Positions 57,554 to 64,000 of a stretch of 64,000 nt of DNA are shown in pieces (position 1 is the stretch's first letter; each line of letters begins with the position of its first letter). The stretch is from Bacteroidales bacterium. GTDB lineage: Bacteria > Bacteroidota > Bacteroidia > Bacteroidales > GCA-2748055. Location: the NCBI GenBank assembly GCA_021738565.1, contig JAIPBT010000020.1, positions 1,692 to 65,691 of the forward strand. The letters are read 5' to 3'. A model generated the notes under the pieces. It saw only the letters and a program-made list of their open reading frames with translations. It did not search any database and was not told the origin of the DNA. A program made the translations under genes and the position numbers.

Positions 57554-59272
57554 ATGAAGCTGAACATTGGAGGGCTATACATGCTTGTTGCGATATTTCT
57601 GTTACAGGCATGCAAACCAGTATTTAATCATCAGATAACAGAGACTGAACTGAAGGAAAGCGTTGCGTTTTTTGCAAGTGACAGCCTAAAGGGACGATAT
57701 CCCGGAACACTCGAAGATTCTGTACTGGTATCCTATATATTAAACAAAATGGACCTCTCCGGGATGCTTGCCCTGGGCGATAAGGGCAAACAACTCGTAA
57801 AGGCAGAACACGGATTCACTGTTGGAGATCGCAGCAGCATACGGTTGGAAGATGGTACAGAACTGAGATCATCCATGAACGAACTGATCATGTATGGTTT
57901 CAGTGCCAACGGATCCTTTTCTGGAGAAATTGTCCGGGCAACCCACCTGCCAGAAAACAAAGCGTCTGCACCTGACAGCTTTATGTTAATGATTCCCTAC
58001 CCGGCAAATGTTCCTGAAGAAGAATATGACGCTTATGAATTCCTCCGCACAACAGGTTTAAAGGCAGCCGATGCCGGCTTCAATGCATTAATATTTGTTT
58101 ATAAACAGCCGGTCAAAGAGTTGTCCGTCAAGAAACGGCTGCCACTGCCCATTCCTGTTATTGCTGTGTCGCAAGATAATGCGGCCACGATCCTTGAGAA
58201 AAATCCTGACATCAGCTTTGAAGGCATTCTTAAAGAAGATTCATATAAGATTACTACATCTGGTATTGTAGCACATGTAACTTCAGAAATTATTCCCAAT
58301 GAGATCCACACTTTCAATACGATCTCGAAATTAAAGGGAAGCGACAGGAAATTAAGCAACGAATACGTAATTATCGGAGCGCATCACGACCATCTTGGAA
58401 TGGGTGGAAGGGGATCTTCCTCCAGGAGGCAGGATACTGTTGCTGTGCATTATGGGGCAGATGACAACGCATCGGGAGTAGCAGGTCTGATCGAACTCTC
58501 TCAGAATCTGATGAATCGCTCTCCAAACAGAAGTTTTATATTTACTTCTTTCGCTGCTGAAGAAATGGGATTACTGGGTTCAAAAACTTTTGTGGAAGAC
58601 CCGGTAATAGACCTTGCAAATGTCCAGGCAATGATCAACCTTGATATGATTGGAAGGCTGAACAATGACCGGCAACTTCAAATCGGTGGAATTGGTACGG
58701 CTCCGGTTTTCAGGACCCTGCTGGATTCTGTCAACCTTGATTACGAATTTAACATTGCATATTCTGAAGCCGGATACGGGCCCTCAGATCATTCTTCCTT
58801 TTACGCAAAAGACATTCCGGTACTGTTTATCTCAACCGGGGCTCACATTGACTATCACACTCCTTTCGACACACCTGATAAGATAAATTATGCCGGCATG
58901 CAGGAGGTGCTCTCATTTATATCTGATGTAGCTTTCACTCTGTCTGACATGCCAGGAAGGTTAACCTTCACTGAGGCAGGTCCCAAAAAAGCATCCGAAT
59001 CCAGGGGAAGAGAAGGCATGATCACCTTTGGCCTGATGCCGGATGTCATGTACGACGGAAATGAAGGCATGCCGGTCTCATTTGTTACCGAAGGAAAACC
59101 CGCAGCTGTTGGAGGAATGAAAGCCGGGGATATTATCAAAGCAATAGATGACAAATCTGTTGGGAATGTTTATGATTACATGGAAAGATTGTCTGAATTA
59201 GAGGAAGGACAATCAGTTATCGTTACTGTTGATCGGGATGGCGAAAACCTTGATTTATTGTTAAAACTATGA
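57554..59272 (+). CDS. M28-family metallopeptidase with C-terminal PDZ domain
   Basis: Motifs GAHHDHLG, DDNASGVAGLIEL and EEMGLLGS, with PDZ GGMKAGDIIKAIDDKSV. Confidence 0.8.
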   Translation: MKLNIGGLYMLVAIFLLQACKPVFNHQITETELKESVAFFASDSLKGRYPGTLEDSVLVSYILNKMDLSGMLALGDKGKQLVKAEHGFTVGDRSSIRLEDGTELRSSMNELIMYGFSANGSFSGEIVRATHLPENKASAPDSFMLMIPYPANVPEEEYDAYEFLRTTGLKAADAGFNALIFVYKQPVKELSVKKRLPLPIPVIAVSQDNAATILEKNPDISFEGILKEDSYKITTSGIVAHVTSEIIPNEIHTFNTISKLKGSDRKLSNEYVIIGAHHDHLGMGGRGSSSRRQDTVAVHYGADDNASGVAGLIELSQNLMNRSPNRSFIFTSFAAEEMGLLGSKTFVEDPVIDLANVQAMINLDMIGRLNNDRQLQIGGIGTAPVFRTLLDSVNLDYEFNIAYSEAGYGPSDHSSFYAKDIPVLFISTGAHIDYHTPFDTPDKINYAGMQEVLSFISDVAFTLSDMPGRLTFTEAGPKKASESRGREGMITFGLMPDVMYDGNEGMPVSFVTEGKPAAVGGMKAGDIIKAIDDKSVGNVYDYMERLSELEEGQSVIVTVDRDGENLDLLLKL

Positions 59273-59276
59273 TGCA

Positions 59277-60134
59277 ATGAGACTATTGATAAAGAAAATC
59301 ATTTTATGGTTCGCGGCGGTATTGATTACCCTGGGAGCATCTGTATACCAGAGAATGACTGGTCCAACCTACCCCAAAGATATAACACTGAGGTTCGATT
59401 CTGAAATTTACAGGTTTGATCTTCCAAGATCCCATGGAGGAAATACCGACTGTCCAGTGGAAATTGAGTTGCCCAAAGAATTTACCGGAAAAATAATATA
59501 TCGCCGATATCCGACCAAGGATAATTGGGATACCATAAGTATGTATCGAAACAACAGTACATTGCTGGCATATTTGCCCGCTCAGCCTCCTGCCGGCAAA
59601 CTGGAATATCACCTCAAACTTGAAAAGGACGGCGTTCCTGTAGCATTGAACCTAAAGCAAAATATAGTTGTCCGCTTCAAGGGAGAAGTTCCTGTCTGGG
59701 CTCTGATACCCCATGTATTTTTCATGTTCTTTGCCATGTTGTGGTCAAATGCAACCGGTTTGCAGGCTGCCACCGGTATCAGTGCTTATAAACGCAACAC
59801 CCTTATTACTGTCATTTTATTAATGATCGGAGGCCTGATCCTGGGTCCGATTGTTCAGAAATATGCTTTTGGTGCTTTCTGGACCGGTTGGCCATTTGGT
59901 GAGGATCTTACCGACAACAAGGTGCTGCTGTCAGTAATTATCTGGCTCGTTGCTTTATTTGCAAACAGGAAAAAGGAAAGAAAGTGGCTTGTGATTGTCG
60001 CTGCGGTATTCCTTTTTGCCATATATATGATACCCCACAGTATGAGGGGATCCGAACTGGATTATGATTCAGGAAATGTAATCACGGGCCTTATTCTACT
60101 GTTCACCTTTAAAAGGATGAAGATCAGGAAATGA
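59277..60134 (+). CDS. hypothetical integral membrane protein
   Basis: 285 aa with an N-terminal TM, a soluble beta-rich domain and 4 TM segments. Starts 4 nt after the M28 peptidase gene. Confidence 0.5.
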   Translation: MRLLIKKIILWFAAVLITLGASVYQRMTGPTYPKDITLRFDSEIYRFDLPRSHGGNTDCPVEIELPKEFTGKIIYRRYPTKDNWDTISMYRNNSTLLAYLPAQPPAGKLEYHLKLEKDGVPVALNLKQNIVVRFKGEVPVWALIPHVFFMFFAMLWSNATGLQAATGISAYKRNTLITVILLMIGGLILGPIVQKYAFGAFWTGWPFGEDLTDNKVLLSVIIWLVALFANRKKERKWLVIVAAVFLFAIYMIPHSMRGSELDYDSGNVITGLILLFTFKRMKIRK

Positions 60135-60300
60135 TCGAAAGGACGAAAAGCGAACATTAGAACCAAACTTCATCATGTTCTGGAAATAAGAAATGAATTC
60201 CAATATGGAATGAAGCGCCAACCGGTCTTGAACATTCTGATGGTTACAATGATATTAAAAAATCGCTATATTCGTTTGTAAAAGAAAACCATCGGTTGAA

Positions 60301-60462
60301 ATGAAAAAATATCAATGCACAGTCTGCGGATATGTTTATGATCCGGTTGAAGGGGATCCGGATTCAGGGATCGCCCCAGGAACACCATTTGAAGAAATTC
60401 CTGAAAATTGGTCGTGCCCGGTATGCGGGGTAGCCAAATCAGAATTTGAACCGGTGGAATAG
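60301..60462 (+). CDS. rubredoxin (53 aa, below the ORF-track cutoff)
   Basis: Translates to [53 protein letters not shown], with both CxxCG and CPxCG knuckles. Confidence 0.9.
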   Translation: MKKYQCTVCGYVYDPVEGDPDSGIAPGTPFEEIPENWSCPVCGVAKSEFEPVE

Positions 60463-60562
60463 AATGCGATTTCAGATTTTATTAATTCATTTGAACCGCA
60501 TGCTGGTGAAACCAAAATCATCCTCTGAAATGAAACAGTGTATCAGGTAGCAATTAATACTG

Positions 60563-62023
60563 CTAATTCCTTAAAGGAACCTGCTTCATCAATTCAAGAA
60601 GAAATAACCAGAATTTTGATACTGATTCAATATTAATCCTTTCATCCGGTGTATGTGCTCCTTTTATTGTGGGACCAAAGGAAATCATGTCAAGATCCGG
60701 ATATTTTGTAAGAAACAATCCACATTCAAGACCTGCATGAATCGCCTTTACCTCTGGCTCCTTACCAAATAAATTCTTGTAAATATGCTCCGATATCTTT
60801 CGTATAGGAGAATTCATGTCAGGATTCCAACCCGGATAACCATCTGAGTGTCTTACTTCCGAGCCGGCAAGCAAGAACAATGCTTCAAGTCTGTCTGATA
60901 TGTCCTTTTTTGCTGATTCACTTGAGCTTCTCTGGCTCGTTATGATCTCAATGTAACCATTCTCAATTTCATGAATCACTGCAAGGTTTGTTGATGTTTC
61001 CACCAATCCTTCAATATCCTGGCTCCAGGCAATGACCCCGTGCGGACAGGCATACAGCACTTGTATCAGCCGCGACTGGAATGTTTTTGCAAAGCACAAC
61101 TCTGGCAGATCATTTTCTTGTGTGCTTAATTCAAAACCCGGTTCAATGGACTTTAATTCCCTGGTAATAATTTCACCGAATGTCCTGATCCGGTCCCTGA
61201 TCATTTTTTCATCGCCCGGAAGACAGGTAATTACCGCTGTGGCCTCCCGCGGAATCGCATTGCGCAGCTTTCCTCCCTGGATTGATGCAACGCGTATATC
61301 AAATTCCTTATCAAGATTCCAGAGACAACGATTCATGATCTTGATTGCATTGCCAAATCCCTTGTGTATCTCATCCCCTGAATGTCCGCCCTGCAGCCCC
61401 TGGATGGTCAGCATCAGTGCTGTGCTTCCCTCCGGTACCTGAACCATATCCTTTTTCAGACGCGCTATGGTATCAATACCGCCGGCGCACCCTATAAATA
61501 TCTCTCCTTCATCTTCCGAATCAAGATTTAGCAGGATCTTACCCTCCATAAATCCTTCTTCAATTCCGAAAGCACCTGTCATACCGGTCTCTTCATCAAC
61601 TGTAAAAAGGCATTCGAGCGGTCCGTGCTCAATGTTTTCCGATTCCAGAATTGCCAGGGATGCAGCAATACCAATTCCATCATCTGCACCCAGCGTTGTT
61701 CCTTCAGCAGTTACCCATCCATCTTTTATGACCGCCTTGATGGGATCCCTCATAAAATCATGCTCAACATGCATCAGTTTTTCACCTACCATATCCACAT
61801 GGCTCTGTAATATCACTGTCTCCCTGTCCTCATATCCCTTTGCTGCAGGTTTTTTTATCAGGCAGTTACCGCTTTGGTCAATGGAGAATTCCAACTGATG
61901 TTCGGCTGCAAAATGCCGCAAATATTCAATTATTCTCTCTTCGTGTTTGGACAATCTTGGTATCTTAAGTATCTCGTCAAAGTAACCCCACACCTCTTTT
62001 GGTTCTAAATTCTTCATATACAA
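60563..62023 (-). CDS. pepD: aminoacyl-histidine dipeptidase (M20C, PepD)
   Basis: 486 aa with the N-terminal PepD pattern VWGYFDEILKIPRLSKHEE and motifs HVDMV and DDGIG. Confidence 0.9.
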   Translation of the reverse strand: MYMKNLEPKEVWGYFDEILKIPRLSKHEERIIEYLRHFAAEHQLEFSIDQSGNCLIKKPAAKGYEDRETVILQSHVDMVGEKLMHVEHDFMRDPIKAVIKDGWVTAEGTTLGADDGIGIAASLAILESENIEHGPLECLFTVDEETGMTGAFGIEEGFMEGKILLNLDSEDEGEIFIGCAGGIDTIARLKKDMVQVPEGSTALMLTIQGLQGGHSGDEIHKGFGNAIKIMNRCLWNLDKEFDIRVASIQGGKLRNAIPREATAVITCLPGDEKMIRDRIRTFGEIITRELKSIEPGFELSTQENDLPELCFAKTFQSRLIQVLYACPHGVIAWSQDIEGLVETSTNLAVIHEIENGYIEIITSQRSSSESAKKDISDRLEALFLLAGSEVRHSDGYPGWNPDMNSPIRKISEHIYKNLFGKEPEVKAIHAGLECGLFLTKYPDLDMISFGPTIKGAHTPDERINIESVSKFWLFLLELMKQVPLRN

Positions 62024-62137
62024 ACTTTTATCACATCACATACAAAAGATGTTATGCAAAACATTTTACATAAATATGATATATAACAAATACGGGTCGA
62101 AGGCTTTATTATATATTTAGCAAAGATAAAAAACTAA

Positions 62138-62154
62138 CCTGAATTATACATGAG
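62138..62154. repeat. solo Family-2 terminal repeat overlapping the start codon of the next gene
   Basis: CTAA-CCTGAATTATACATGAG matches CTAA-CCTGAATTATTCATGAG at 52559-52579 in 20 of 21 positions. Confidence 0.5.
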
Positions 62155-63349
62155 AAAAAGAACCATCGTAATCCTTCCTGGTGACGGGATCGGCAAAACG
62201 GTGCTCAACGAAACCTTAAGGGTGCTTGAAAAAGCCGGATTCAATGCTGAGTATGTTGAAGGTGATATCGGTTGGGAATTTTGGAAAAAGGAAGGAAATC
62301 CCCTTCCCGACCGAACAATTAAATTATTGGAGAAACACGGTATCGGACTGTTCGGAGCAATTACTTCCAAACCCAAGGATGAAGCAGCCGAGGAATTATC
62401 TCCTCGACTTCGGGATAAAGAATATGTATATTCCAGTCCTATTGTTGGCCTGAGGCAGCATTTCAACCTTGATATATGTATAAGGCCCTGCAGGACGTAC
62501 AAAGGAAATCCGCTGAACTTTATCAGAAAAGGGCCCGGGGGTAAGATTGAGGAACCCGTAATTGATGTAGTAATCTTTCGTCAGAATACAGAAGGACTTT
62601 ACGGCGGCGTTGAATGGAGCAATCCACCGGAAATTGTCCATGAAGCACTTAAGTCCCATCCAAAATTCATGAAGAATTTTTCCAGAGTTCCCAGGGAAGA
62701 ATTATCTGTTTCAACAAGGATCTTTACAAAAAATGCAACCGAAAGAATTCTCAGGCATGCATTTGAATATGCAAAAAAATACGGGTACAAGAGTGTAACA
62801 GTTTGCGAAAAACCGAATGTTATCAGGGAAACCTCTGGGATGATGTATAAAATGGCCAAAGAGATGTGGCAACGTGAATATCCGGACATTGAACTCTGGA
62901 ACACAAATATTGATGCGCAAATGATGTGGTTGACAAAAAATCCGGAGGACTATGGGGTTATTGTTGCAGGAAATATGTTTGGCGACATCGTATCGGATGG
63001 ATTCGCCGGTTTGATCGGTGGATTGGGATTTGCCTGCAGTGCAAATATTGGAGAAAAAGTTGCCGTATTTGAACCGACACACGGGTCGGCACCTAAATAT
63101 GCCGACTTCAATACTCCTATCGTAAATCCTATCGCCATGATAGAATCAGCCTGCATGATGCTCGATCATCTTGAAGAGCATAAGATTGCAGGAAAGATCC
63201 GACAGGCCATTGCAGAAGTCATTGAAGAAGGAAAGGTGAGAACTTATGACATGCTGAAACTTTCCGGGAAACCCGATGTAATTGACAAAGGTGCAGCCTC
63301 AACCTGTCAGATGACAGATGCCATTCTGAAAAAACTTCAAACGCCATAA
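62150..63349 (+). CDS. isocitrate/isopropylmalate dehydrogenase family protein
   Basis: N-terminal IVILPGDGIG, GDIVSD and GSAP motifs. The substrate cannot be assigned by eye. Confidence 0.8.
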   Translation: MRKRTIVILPGDGIGKTVLNETLRVLEKAGFNAEYVEGDIGWEFWKKEGNPLPDRTIKLLEKHGIGLFGAITSKPKDEAAEELSPRLRDKEYVYSSPIVGLRQHFNLDICIRPCRTYKGNPLNFIRKGPGGKIEEPVIDVVIFRQNTEGLYGGVEWSNPPEIVHEALKSHPKFMKNFSRVPREELSVSTRIFTKNATERILRHAFEYAKKYGYKSVTVCEKPNVIRETSGMMYKMAKEMWQREYPDIELWNTNIDAQMMWLTKNPEDYGVIVAGNMFGDIVSDGFAGLIGGLGFACSANIGEKVAVFEPTHGSAPKYADFNTPIVNPIAMIESACMMLDHLEEHKIAGKIRQAIAEVIEEGKVRTYDMLKLSGKPDVIDKGAASTCQMTDAILKKLQTP

Positions 63350-63350
63350 A

Positions 63351-63905
63351 ATGAATATCAGTACAGAAATATTGGAATTATGGCCTGAGATACTCTGGAT
63401 ATCGGATATCGATCTCAGGCAAAAAGTTGCCAGGACCTGGGAGCTAGCACTGAAAAAAAGTGTCCTGACAACTGATGATCTGAAAACCATCCCGTTTACC
63501 CTGTTGTGTGGACCGGACCTGAATGTCAGTTTTATGGATCACAAACGGGCAGTTGTGCATATCGTAAGGGAAAGTGGACAAAAAATCAAGGAATTTTTTA
63601 AAGATTCACTGCCTGTAAACATGGACGTATTGATCGCGGGTGCAATTCTCGCCGATGTGGGAAAATTACTTGAATATGAACTCAATGAGGAAGGAAAAGC
63701 AATACAGGGACAATATGGCAAGTATCTCCGCCATCCGTTTTCTGGTGTATCTCTGGCAGAAGATTGCGATGTGCCCCCGGCAGTATGCCACATCATTGCC
63801 ACCCATGCCGGGGAAGGAAATATGGTAAAACGCACTACAGAAGCATACATTGTGCATCATGCCGATTTCATGACTTTCCTGCCATTTAAGGAGAGATTGG
63901 AATAG
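63351..63905 (+). CDS. HD-domain phosphohydrolase-like protein
   Basis: Motifs ATHAGEG and VHHADF. The ATG is 1 nt after the preceding TAA. Confidence 0.65.
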   Translation: MNISTEILELWPEILWISDIDLRQKVARTWELALKKSVLTTDDLKTIPFTLLCGPDLNVSFMDHKRAVVHIVRESGQKIKEFFKDSLPVNMDVLIAGAILADVGKLLEYELNEEGKAIQGQYGKYLRHPFSGVSLAEDCDVPPAVCHIIATHAGEGNMVKRTTEAYIVHHADFMTFLPFKERLE

Positions 63906-64000
63906 AGCCTGTTTTGTCAGGAAAGATCTTTACGATCCTTTCACCTGTTGAATTTGCATATGCCCTGAACATTGCGGAGGTGTTGAATTCCATTGCGGCA

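Noticed and set aside
60336-60521. 61-aa minus-strand ORF.
   Set aside because: It is antisense to a textbook rubredoxin gene on the plus strand (60301-60462).
63941-64000. Minus-strand reading frame open to the right window edge, ending at a TGA at 63941-63943 (...CRNGIQHLRNVQGICKFNR).
   Set aside because: Only 19 codons are visible, which is too little to decide whether it is a real gene end.
1-64000. Defence island, prophage, secondary-metabolite cluster, toxin-antitoxin pair, retron, or other novel multi-gene system.
   Set aside because: Every gene longer than about 200 aa has a mundane housekeeping or transport assignment or is an isolated hypothetical. I see no integrase, recombinase, reverse transcriptase, nuclease/ATPase pair or clustering of unknowns, so I do not claim one.

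Overview
This 64-kb segment looks like ordinary chromosome from a Bacteroidota-type anaerobe. The evidence is CarboxypepD_reg/TonB-dependent receptor genes, lipoproteins, a TAnnTTTG-type promoter box and no obvious Shine-Dalgarno sites. I call about 58 protein genes, tightly packed on both strands. I see no rRNA, tRNA, CRISPR array, transposase, integrase or recognisable defence or toxin module.

Main gene blocks:
- A complete histidine operon, hisG-D-C-B-H-A-F-IE (minus strand, 37.9-44.9 kb).
- pta-ackA-ptb-buk in tandem (13.3-17.8 kb).
- iorAB.
- A phosphate-type module: relic response regulator, PiT transporter, OmpR/PhoB-type regulator, porin and lipoprotein (22-28 kb).
- A TetR-TolC-HlyD-2xABC ATPase-2xABC-2 permease efflux operon (50.2-57.2 kb).
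- Several peptidases (S41, M28, PepD), glycan enzymes (GH9-like, CE15-like, GH29), pyrD, pcm, rocD and an unlisted 53-aa rubredoxin.

I found no clear undescribed protein system. The signals the gene list does not explain are non-coding:
1. Two families of palindromic MITE-like repeats with terminal inverted repeats and target-site duplications. Family 1 has 7-bp duplications and family 2 has YTAA duplications. They sit exactly at gene ends, inside the efflux operon, and in one case overlap a start codon.
2. A His-rich leader peptide plus alternative hairpins and an intrinsic terminator upstream of hisG.
3. A 720-bp AT-rich gene-free region upstream of an XRE-type HTH gene, with phased TTAC-N4-GTAA palindromes, one of which overlaps a TAnnTTTG box.
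4. An internally deleted response-regulator relic and a 10-mer shared by the two phosphate-module intergenic regions.

All protein calls rest on motif recognition by eye; no searches were run.
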